Origin: the human T2T-CHM13v2.0 reference genome, Homo sapiens
Direction: 5' to 3' (one strand)
NCBI RefSeq assembly: GCF_009914755.1
Contig: NC_060935.1
DNA length: 64,000 bases
Both the position numbers and the translations under genes were made by a program. How positions within the stretch are numbered: the first letter of the stretch is position 1; every line of letters begins with the position of its first letter. The notes under the pieces were generated by a model. The model did no database searches, was not told the origin of the DNA, and saw only the letters and a program-made list of their open reading frames with translations. This document shows positions 44,101-58,100 of this stretch, in pieces.

Positions 44101-44163
44101 ACCGTCCTGGGAACGGCCTGCCACCATCTTAAGAGCTCTAAGAACAAAGACCTGCCAGTAACA

Positions 44164-44900
44164 TCGTAATTGATATAAATTGATTTAGGTCTGCCGTTTC
44201 ACATTTAATTTTCTATATGCTTCCTATCTGTTTATCTCTTTTCCTCTTTTACTGCTTTATTTGTATTAATATTTCTAATGTATTAAAATTTTTGGTATTA
44301 CATTTGAGGTTTTTTGAATGCTTCCCATTGTGCTTATCATATACTTCTTAGCTTACTGGAATCTACCTCAGATTTATACTAAATATTAAAAGATGTAGAA
44401 ATGTTACTCCTGTAGAGCTCTATTGTCTCTTACCTCCTTTTTTGGCAATTATTGTCATACATACTCAATAATACATTGTTGTGCATATTACTGTATATAA
44501 TTTTATGTCATTTAAATAAATTGATGAGATAAAGCATGTTTAAATAGTGTAGTTTTTGCTTTATTATTAACTGGCACATAATAATTAGACTTCATGGGGT
44601 ACAGTGTGACATTTCAATACTGGTATATTTATACAGTGTGTAGTGATCTAATCAGGATAATTAGCATACCCATCACCTCGAACATTTATCATTTCTTTGT
44701 GTTAGAAATATTCTAAATCTGTACTTCTAGCTATTTGAAATACACAAAAGGTTATTGTTAGTTATATTCACCCTATAGTGCTATAGAACACCTAGAATGT
44801 AATCTTCCTATCTAGCTGTACTTTTTGTTTAACCAACCTTTGCTATCCCCCTATAGTGTTTTGTATTGACCTTTGTTATTATTATTTCTGCTCCTTTATT
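44164..44900 (-). mobile_element. Continuation of old L1M, with nested L1MA 3' end (~44565-44850)
   Basis: T-rich antisense L1; CATGGGGTACAGTGTGACATTTCAATAC...CCCATCACCTCGAACATTTATCATTTCTTTGTG. Confidence 0.7.
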
Positions 44901-45179
44901 CACTTCATCACATCAGGTAGAAATCTTCAGTTAGGCAATATTTTATACATAATATGAAAAGAAAAGAATGAATATACTTTAGGAGAACGTGAAGGCAACA
45001 GGACAAGGTGGCAGAAAGATGCCAAGTAGACTTGGAGGAGCTCCAGCAAACAGGTGGCACTAAAGCACATCAGCCCTCATGAAGAGGTTTTCAGTTTATT
45101 CTACAGTTGCTACTCTTGCATCCAAAATAGTACCTATGGTGGTGCAACATTTTTGTATTCTAGTAAAAATTTTTCTTTA

Positions 45180-45325
45180 AAGATGTATGAGGACACATAA
45201 AACGATAAATATTTGAGGGGGTGTGCATCCTAAATACCCTGAATTATTACACACTGCATGTATGTATCAAAATATCACATGTACTCCATAAATATGTTTA
45301 ATTATTATATATCAACTTTAAAAAA
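45180..45325 (+). mobile_element. Short L1 3'-end fragment
   Basis: GTATCAAAATATCACATGTACTCCATAAATATG. Confidence 0.7.
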
Positions 45326-45740
45326 TTAGAATAGCAGCGAAGCATTAGGACACTAGCAGAGGAAATACTAAACTGACCCACGAAGAAACTTTCACAGCTA
45401 AGGGCCCATGTGTGGACTCACAGAAAACAATTACTGCTGAACATGTAACAAAAAATTACCTACAGATTAGGAATATACATGCCTCTAGTAGAGAGTACAC
45501 AAAAGCCACAAATGAGAAGCTACAACGTGGAACTCATAGTTAACAAGGAAATCTGCAAAGGACTTCAGAGAACTATGTTAAACTGTTAAGAGAGAGAAAT
45601 GGAGGAATTAAGCTTGCAATGCAAGAATGCAATAAAACAGTTTGAAGAAAAAAAACAGTCAAAGGGAGTGGGATAGAGAAGAAATGTGTGCAAAGAAATT
45701 TTTAAAAAATGGTAAAGCTAAAACCACTACCTACTATTTA

Positions 45741-45779
<39 letters not shown>

Positions 45780-45810
45780 AAATTTAGTGTGTGTGAATAT
45801 ATATATAATC
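45741..45810. repeat. Compound (TG)n(TA)n microsatellite, partly duplicated
   Basis: ATTTAG(TG)n(TA)n occurs twice. Confidence 0.9.
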
Positions 45811-46649
45811 TGCTATAAACAGAATATATGCATATACATTTTATCTGCTATATACTGTTTATATATAGTAGATATAATTTCAGATAGATAGTATTTCAAA
45901 TTTATCTGCAGAACTCCTCTCTAGAGACATGGCCGTGAGTAAATTCAGGGAGTCATAGCACAGCCTTGGAGCCTGTTCCTGTCTGGATTGGACCTCCATT
46001 GACCGACTATTACAATAAAAGCCACAGTAAAATCCAGTAGCCTCTGGAAACCACTGAAGCAGAAGGTATTCTAGCACCAGCAAAGGAAACAGGAAACTTG
46101 TTAGATCCAGACACTATATTCCAGATATAGACTCCCCCAGTTTTCCCAAGGGCTTCTTAAACATTTCTTATAAACACTGTTTTTGTTAGAAGCACCAAAT
46201 GTATCATAGACTGGATTTATTTTCTCCTCTTTTCATTTACTGATTGACCTACCTCTCTGAGATTCTCATTTAGCAATGGCTTTGCTTGTGAATGGGGCAG
46301 GTCTTTACCTAAATCAAATGCATTACAGCATTGCCATAGAAAAACATAAAATTGTATATAGCCAGAGGTAGAAAGGAAGGATCATCTATAATGGAGTTAC
46401 AAAAAAATGACACCACTGCAGTAATGTCTAATATAAAATATCTTCTACATTTTGTAAAGAAGTAATAGCCAGCTTTGAACTGTGATTTTGACTAAACCGT
46501 CATTCAAGAACAAGAGCAATATGGAGACATTTCCAGGCAAATTAAACCAAGAACATTAACAAAATTATGAGAGCCTGAGATACTGGAGAACTCAGGAGAG
46601 GGGTCCTATAATCTTGAGCTCGTTGAACAATGCAAATAAAGGAGGTAAG

Positions 46650-49840
<3,191 letters not shown>

Positions 49841-49846
49841 AAGTTT

Positions 49847-50230
49847 TATGGGTTAAATTGTGGTCCCCCTAAGAAAAATATGTCCATGTTCTATTCTTTA
49901 TCTGTTTATGTGAACTTTTTTGGAAGTAGGGTGTTTGCAGATCTAATCAAGTTAAGATGAAGGTGAGCCATAATCCATTATAACTGGTGTCCTTGTAAGG
50001 AGAGGAGTAGAGACAGATACAGACATCCAGAGATGGTTGCTATGTGGACAGGTGGGGAGAGTGAAATGTTGTTTCCAGGAGCCAAGGAATGCCAAGAATT
50101 CTAGGTAATCACTGGAAAGAAGTAAGGAAGTGTTTTTTCATAGAGACTTCAGAGGGAGCATGGCCCTACCAGCATCTTGATTTCAGACTTCTAGCCTCCA
50201 GAACTATGAGAAAACATTTCAATTGTTTTA
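49847..50230 (+). mobile_element. MLT1 (MLT1B/C-like) LTR
   Basis: TTTGCAGATCTAATCAAGTTAAGATGA; TTCAGAGGGAGCATGGCCCT; CTTGATTTCAGACTTCTAGCCTCCAGAACT. Confidence 0.85.
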
Positions 50231-51719
50231 ATGATACCATAAGAAATAACATACAAAAAAATTATAAATGCTCTTTATTCCTCGTATATCCCTGGAACCC
50301 CATACCAAAAATGCCTTACTCTCTAGAGTCTCATTATTTTTAGATAAGAACACAAGAGGATACTCTTTATAAATGAAGCCTTTCTCCTTCCTTCAGTAGA
50401 AATGTTCTATCATTAATTTAAAAACTGGCAAAAATTAATAAAGACTTTATTCCATAATTTATTATCTGTCCTTTAATTGGAGTGCCTTCTAACTTTTCAA
50501 AAGAATTTTTGAAGCCAAGTTACATCACTCAGCTTTTATCAGTGCTCTACTTTTCTGGGAAAATGCTTTAAGGTCTAAATCGATAGATTCAGTAGCACAA
50601 GTACAGCTCATCATGACCATCATGCTGCTTGGCTGGCTTCAGTCTATCTCTAGACTCAGCTCTCATCAAACTTAACTCACAATGGCATTCTAATTTGCTA
50701 ATTATTCAGACCAATTTTCAAACCTTGTGATCATACTGATGCTATTTTTCTCATATCCTTTCCTTCATGGAGTGAAATCTTATGAAATGTTCCATGCCTA
50801 GCTAAAATGCTAACATTTTGTGAGATCTTTCCAAATTTCCAAGTACATATTAGAAGTTTCTTCTCCCAAGAGCACAATTTGTCAGTTTTATCACGGCAAC
50901 TATTATGTCTACAGGCAAATCTATCTAACCCAATATATTGCAGTATATTTTTAGGTAGGATAATATCTAATATTTTTTCTTTTTCTTGTAGCAACTAACA
51001 TAGTTGTTCGCATACAACTGTATGCAATAAACATTTTTCCACCAGGAAAAGGTGGTTTTATGTCACCAAATGATTCATTTAATCTGGAAAATGATACTTT
51101 GCTTCTGAAAGAAACTCCTAGAAGTTACTGTTTAGAAAATTTAATTCCAGTCTGATTTTCATGCCCAGGGTAATATAAAAATAGTCACTGTGGTCTACAA
51201 TAAAAATATGTTTTACTTTTCTCCCTAATGGTATAGTTAGAGAATTATCCCCATGGTATTATTCAATTCTACCTGTGAGCGAGGTACTGTGCTGAGCTCC
51301 TTAGTTACAATATTATGAAGACAGATGCGGAGGGAAATGGACAAAGGAATGTTCATGACAATTTAAAAAGTGTTTAATGACAAATTTTTTTAAAGATCTC
51401 ATTCATTTTAAGGACTGAAATTGATATGTATGTATCGTAGTTCCTTTATCTATTCATCCATTAACAAATACAGTTTATTTCTCTATCTTAGCTAATTTGA
51501 TTAACACTACAAGAACAAATGGTAGATGGCCTTGGGTGATTCCTGATGGAAAATGCTAAAGTTTATACTTGGTATTCCTATATCACCTGTTTTCATGGAT
51601 GAGTCATTTATGATAATTAAAATAGTAAGAATTGGAAAAACAGAAAACTAGAAATAAAGTAGACTTTAATATGAAATTGGGCCTATTTATTAAATATTTA
51701 CCATGTCCAGACATCACAC

Positions 51720-52235
51720 ACAATCTAAAATAGAAGGAAATACTATCATTTGTGAAAACATGGATGAACCTAGAAGACATTATGCTAAGTGAAATAAGCC
51801 AGACACAGAAGGACAAATGCTACATGATTCCAGGTATAAGAGATATCTAAAATAGTGTAAATTACAGAAGAAAATGGAACGGTGGTTGCCAGGAGATAGG
51901 GGAGGAGAAAATGGCAATATGTTATTCAATTAATATGAAGTTGCAGTTATACAAGATGAGTAAGTTTTAGATACCTGCTATATAATATAGTGCTTATAGT
52001 TAACAATAGAGTGTTGTGCATTTTAAAATGTGTTGAGGGAAGATCTCATGTTAAACATTGCTATAGTAAAAATATTAAAAACAAAGAAGCACAAGAAAAT
52101 TTTTAGAGGTGATAGATATGTTTGTTATCTTGATTGTGGTGATGATATCATGGATATATGCATTTATCCAATTTCATCAAATTGTATACATTAAATATGT
52201 GCAAGTTTTTATATATTAATCATACCACAATAAAG
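51720..52235 (+). mobile_element. L1MA/MB 3' end
   Basis: ACATGGATGAACCTAGAAGACATTATGCTAAGTGAAATAAGCCAG...TGATTGTGGTGATG. Confidence 0.85.
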
Positions 52236-52241
52236 GTACGA

Positions 52242-52458
52242 GATATATATAAATATATAAATAAAAATATATAAATTATATATAAATATATATTATTTTA
52301 TATGATATAAATATATTATATATAATATATTATATAAATATAAATATATAATATATATACATATTATATATAACTATATAATATACAAATACATATAATA
52401 TATAAATATATATAAAATATATGTAAACATATATAAATATATATTATATATAAATATA
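52242..52458. repeat. ~215-bp degenerate (TA)n tract
   Basis: Almost entirely A/T. Confidence 0.92.
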
Positions 52459-52605
52459 TCACACCTGGCTAATGTTTTGTGTTATTGTAGAAATGGGGTT
52501 TCACCATGTTGCCCAGCCTCATCTCAAACTCCTGGATTCAAGCAATTCACCCTCCTCGGCCTCCCAAAGTACTGGGATTACAAGCATGAGCAACTGTGCC
52601 TAGCC
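52459..52605 (-). mobile_element. AluJ-like left arm only
   Basis: CACACCTGGCTAAT...CTCCTGGATTCAAGCAATT...GCCTAGCC. Confidence 0.85.
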
Positions 52606-54332
52606 AATAATTATAAATAAGATTAATAAAATACAATTACAAATATTTAAGGCAGATAACATCATCCTCATTTTATAGAAAATGAAACTAAAGTAATAGT
52701 AATGACATCATCAAAAATCCCACTGAATACTAAAAAACACTTTTCAAGTACTTAGCCTCATTTTATTTGCAAGGTTACCTTAAAATGGTTAACCTACATG
52801 TTTTGAAGTCACAGAAGTATTTAGTATGTGACAGACTGAGATTCAAACTCGGATTGTTCTGACATACAAACCCTTACTTATAACCACTCTTCTGTAAAAA
52901 CATGAAGTTTTCCTGAATATTCCCGATTTTTTATCAACCGGATTGTAAAAATATCTCTGTTCCATTAGAGAACAAGAGTTTAGGAATATGTAAATGAAAA
53001 CTATCAAGGAAACAACCTTATCCTCATCTCTGAAAGTTTATCAACAACCCATTGCTCCAGGCTGGAGAGGATGAGCCAACACCCATCACTGAAGCCCAAT
53101 TCCTGCTTTACAACATTTCTCTCTACTAAATCCTGGGCAGCAGGGAAAAATGCAATTGGCCTGAAAAGAGTAGAATTGGCCACAAAAATTCCCAAGTGGT
53201 GGGGTCACATGGAGAGGAAGAGAATTAGAGTTTCAGGATTCATTGTTTCAAACAAGTATCCCTGCTAGAAAAATGACAGAGGACAACTAAGACAACTGTT
53301 TAATCAAGAGAAACTGCGGATAACGTTTCGGCACAGGATGAATGTCAACACTGACAGTGAATGAATAAAGATGGGGTATTACAATGAATCAGAGGGAAAG
53401 CTTCCCATGTGCCTACTGTGAGAAGCCTCGAAATAAAATGCTGTCTTCTTCTATATGTGCACTTAAATTCTTTCTAGTTGTCAGCAGTGGAAACTTAGAA
53501 CATGAGAAATTCTCTCTTCCATTTGCCCAGTCCAAGTATGCACATGTTTTGATTAAAAATAAACTTTTATTTTGTGCACCTACTCTGTGTCAAGCACTAT
53601 GAGAGATGAATAGGTGGTAAAAAAATATAAGAGGAACATATTTCTACTCACAAAACTACTAAACTGGCAGCCTGGACAGCTGAGAAAAGGATACAGAAAG
53701 TATAGGAAAAGTCACATAGATGATGAAATACAATCAGTGCTGTAATGAAGGTCTATATAAATCATCCACAAAACAAACAAGCAAGGAATTAGATGTCATT
53801 TTATTAAACTCAAAAGTGTTCCCATCTTTATGGAATACTAATACTAACCTAGGCCTCAATGTACTTGGTTTCTTTTATTTTCATGTTTTCCTATTGCTGA
53901 GTAAGCTTGAAGCATTAAGTGGTTGGTTATCTGTTTCATGTATGTACATATGTTTTTCCCATAAGGGTCATAAACTAGAAAGAAAAAGGCAATGAATTCA
54001 TGTGAAATCAAAGTAAGTTAGGGGATGGGGGACATAAGTGTGATGGGCATCAATAAGCACTGATTGGTTGATCAGGACCAGAGTGCCTTGGGCTCATTTG
54101 GATTGACTGTATTCCAGACAAAGGGGAATCTGATTCATTTAAAAGTTGAGGGTAGAATTAGATATGGAGGATCGAGGTTCTGAGAAGTCTTTAACAAGCC
54201 AAAGAAAAGTGATTGAGTTCTGCAGTTCTGATGAATCACTGGTAAATGTGTCTTATCTTTCAATACAGATACTTGCATTTCAAAATTGGGATGGGACAAG
54301 TCAAGGAATAAAGCCCAAAAGTAGAAAGGTAG

Positions 54333-54789
54333 TGATAGAGGCAGGCAACAGCCAAATGCCTAGGCGGATAGGAAAGGGTCCCTGAAGAACCTCTGACCTG
54401 TCCAGGTCTTTGTCCACAGGGAGCTTGCCTAAACATGCCCATGGTGAAAAATTCTGTCCCTTAACACATGGGCAGCAATGGAAATAAATCAATGTGGAGT
54501 GGCTCAGACTAAGCCCACATGCACACTGGGGAACTGGGGTGCAGCCACCAGTAATTTGTGCCTTGTGCTCAGGGGGATCCTAGCCTCTTCAGCTCATGTG
54601 TGGGAGCCCGGGTATTCAATTGTGAGGTGGAAACCTGTTTGCAGGACCCCTCTCTTTGCTGAGAGCTTTCCTTTTGCTTAATAAATTTCACCTTCCTCAC
54701 CCTGAAATGTGACTGTATGCCTAATTTTTCCCAATCATGAGACAAGAACCCAGATTTAGCTGAACTAAGGAGCAAAAAATCCTTCATCA
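54333..54789 (+). mobile_element. Solo MER61-family ERV1 LTR
   Basis: TG...CA termini with perfect GTAG TSD (54329-54332, 54790-54793); AATAAA near 54680; carries the p53 site known for this family. Confidence 0.88.
54421..54440. promoter_or_regulatory. Perfect p53 response element (two decamers, no spacer)
   Basis: GAGCTTGCCT AAACATGCCC matches RRRCWWGYYY x2 at 20/20. Confidence 0.85.
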
Positions 54790-55032
54790 GTAGGGTTACA
54801 GACACTGATTTAGGCAATGTTGGAAGATATTTTTAAAAATTCTTTACTTGTTTGTATCTCCTCTTTGCCTTCCATCAAACAGTGTTGGCTCATCTACCAC
54901 ACAAACTACACATTATCCTCTTTGCTTGGGCCATCCTCTTATGTGAAGAACTATGTGGTTCTAAGTCTTATTGTGATATGGAATGCTAGGGTGTAGCAAT
55001 AGTTTTGAATTCAATACAGGTCTTAAAAGTAC

Positions 55033-55215
55033 TTTTTTTTTCTTTTTTATTTATTTATTTATTATTATTATACTTTAAGTTTTAGGGTACATGTGCACAA
55101 CGTGCAGGTTACATAGGTATACATGTGCCATGTTGGTGTGCTGCCCCCATTAACTCATCATTTAGCATTAGGTATATCTCCTAATGCTATCCCTCCCCCC
55201 TCCCCCCACCCCACA
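55033..55215 (-). mobile_element. Very short L1PA 3' end
   Basis: TTATACTTTAAGTTTTAGGGTACATGTGCACAACGTGCAGG...CCCCCCACCCCAC; flanks AAAAGTACTTTT / AAAATTACTTTT. Confidence 0.93.
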
Positions 55216-55840
55216 AAAAAAATTACTTTTCATTTGGTAACAGTCCTTTTAATTTTCAAACTGTTTTTGAGATAGCCAACAGACGTAGCTATAAGAATCA
55301 AGGTGACATTATTTCACATCATATTTTCCCTAAGTATGATGATATTATCTGTTCAGAAAACTTCCCCCTCACCCTACCTGCCCATTCCCCCACCACAACC
55401 AGTGAGAAAAAAGAAAAGAGAGCAACTCTGTCCCTGCACATTACTTGGGTCACCTCGGAAATGACTGTGGTCCCTGACAGGAAGAATTTTACCTTTAGAG
55501 AGTAATACCGTCTCTCAATATAATGGCTATAATTTCTGAAGAGGAAGGGATAAGGCAGAAGAATGAACTTGGTTTTACATTTTGGGAATGGGATAATGTT
55601 TGGATTGCAAAATTCAGTTTCAGAAAGAAAGTGGATGATTCTCTAAGAATGGGTTCTTTAAAATATGCTCAGCAGATCTCAGGAGAAGGGATCCTCAGAG
55701 TATTTGTTGAAGTCAAACTTTTAATCTCTACTGGGTACAAGGGGTATGGAAGATTTTGCTCCATTACAGGTACACTTTTAATAGGCAAGAATTCTAGTTT
55801 TTGAGAATCCAAGACACGTTCATGAGTATGAAAAAAGTTA

Positions 55841-56568
55841 TGAGATATAGCAGGGACTCCTCTTAGAGGTAGACTGGGCCCAGCCAAGCATGGAAATAAA
55901 GGAAAATCTTGATTTCCTTCAAGAAAGATTTGAGGCACCTGTGTAGCTTTGAAAAGTAAATAAGAAGCCTGATAAGCAAGAAGGTAATAACCACTTAAAA
56001 CAATTGCCAAGGAAGTTAGAGACACAAAATGTTTGTTTCCTTGTAGAAACCAAAGATAACATCGTCACATATGTTCCTGAATTTTCAGAGACCTGGGCCC
56101 CCTCCAAAAGGAAAATGCCATCTGCTGACCCAATGTTATAAATTTCTTCCTGAGGGAGCTGGAGGAAGTCATATCCATAAGCCAGAACTTAACATTCTTT
56201 CTGCTGACTCCAAGTTTTTAGACAAAGCTTTACTTCCTTAACCAATTATAAATCAGAGAATCTTTATATCTTCCTATTACCTGTGAGGTTCTGCTTCAAG
56301 ATGTCCCATATTTTTAGGTCAAACCCATACATAGCCTTCATGTATTGATTTATAACTTTGCCCATAACCTCTGCCTCCCATCCTTTAAAAATCTTTACAT
56401 TTAAGCCATCGGGGGGCGGAGGGGGGGAGGTTAGAGTCTCAAGCATTAGCTACTCAATTCTTGCTTGATGCCTGCAAGACATGCCTCACTTTCTCTCAGT
56501 GCAAATCTCGATGACAGTGTGTGGTTTTGCTGCATTGAGCAGGCAGGCCCACATTAGGTTCAGTAGCA
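55841..56568 (+). mobile_element. Solo ERV1 LTR, MER39-like
   Basis: TG...CA termini with perfect GTTA TSD (55837-55840, 56569-56572); CAAGCATGGAAATAAAGGAAAATCTTGA motif; subfamily from recalled consensus. Confidence 0.78.
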
Positions 56569-56973
56569 GTTATAGGTCCTCTCTCTAGGGGAAAAAAAAA
56601 ATTATGTGTTCCTATCTGTAGAAACTATCATGTAAGGATAAAAATGAATATGTAAATATTAACATTGGTTTAACAGTCACAATTTTAAGGTGTAGCTTTA
56701 TGAGACACAGAAAGTTAAACTAGCTTGTTCTGCTCCAACACACAGTTGGAACAGAGAAGTGCCAGGATTCCACCTAAATCAATTTGGCTAAAGAGATCAA
56801 GCTCTCACTCCAATATAATCTATGGCCTTGTTAATAAAATATGCAGGTGGTAATATTTTTCTCAATATAAGGGAAGTGTTTATTATAATTTAGCTGTTTC
56901 ACCATAGAAGGAACACTTCATTCAAAAGTAAACTCAACATTGGAAGCAGTTCAGTAAGAGTATGTTCTACAGA

Positions 56974-57270
56974 AGGAGTTGGCAAGCTTTCTCTGTAAAG
57001 AGATAGATAGTATTTATTTTATGTTTTACAGACTATCTCTGTCACAACAACTTCACTATGTAGTTACAGTGTAAAAGCAGCCATAGGCAAGCCATAAATG
57101 AATGAATGTGACTATTTCAATGAAACTTTATTTATGGGCACTGAAATCTGAGTTTCATATAATTTTCATGCATCACAACATATCATTCTTCTGATTTCTT
57201 CAAACCATTTAAAAATATGAAAGCAATTTTTAGCTAGAGAGACATGCAAAAGTAGACAGCTAAATTTCTA
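56974..57270 (+). mobile_element. MER58B-like hAT-Charlie element
   Basis: GGAGTTGGCAAGCTTTCTCTGTAAAG...AAAGCAGCCATAG...AAACTTTATTTATGGGCACTGAAAT. Confidence 0.8.
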
Positions 57271-57914
57271 GATTTGTGAATTGTTGCTTTCATATTGTCA
57301 CAGAACCTCTTCTAGAAGCTATGATTCTCATTTTATTTGAACCAAAAGTTAAAAAAAGGAAATTATAGTATGGAATCAGTGAGTAAAGAATTTCAAAACT
57401 GTTGTACTGTAAATCTATAAATAATTATATCAGTTGCCAATTAAATATGTTACACATTCTTTCAAAATGTATTCGCTAAAATACCTACTATGAGTTAGGG
57501 ACTAAAATAGGAAGTTGACATCTGTTGGTAAGTTGAAAATAATTCGTATTTTCTTGGACTGTAAAGTCTGGTGAGGAGTGTGTGTAGATGGGTACAGACA
57601 CTAAACCATGAACACACACACAAAAAATTACACATAGTGTTAACTTCAACAAAGTAATACTACAAGTTTCAGTTAAGCCAGATAAATATGCTCTAGAGAC
57701 CTGCTATGTAATATTGTACCAATGGTCGACAAAAATATATTATGTCCTTAAAAATTTGTCATGAGAGGAGATCTCATCTTAAACGTTCTTTCCACATTTA
57801 AAGAGAAGAAGAAAAGGCCAAAAAACATAGTGCGTTGGAAAGAGATTGTTCTCTCTGCCTTATGTTTGTTTGTTCATGTTGCCATTCTCAGGTGGCTATG
57901 TCAATGTCCATGGT

Positions 57915-58100
57915 GAGTGTGCTGATAAACCAGCTACTGGGAGAGAGGAAACACTTATCTGCAGTATTTGCAAATTTCCCTGATGTAAATATTCTAACTA
58001 TAGCTGATTTAAAGCTTCCCAAATGACATCGCTAAATGCAGGTTTGAGAAGCAGTGTGCATAAATGGCTCTCAGCTGCGGTATGAAACCAGTTCTAACTT
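57915..58100. mobile_element. MER63-like hAT element
   Basis: TGTGCTGATAAACCAGCT...TGATGTAAATATTC...GATTTAAAGCTTCCCAAATGACATCGCT. Confidence 0.5.

Larger units (their letters stand above)
39460..44163 (+). mobile_element. Defective HERV-W (HERV17) provirus lacking 5' LTR, RT, most of env and most of the 3' LTR
   Basis: Leader-gag-pro-(RNase H)-IN-env order; env similar to the syncytin-1 N-terminus; terminal ~63 bp resemble the U5 end of the LTR17 at 4634-5418. The 5' boundary is inferred from the end of THE1-int. Confidence 0.93.
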
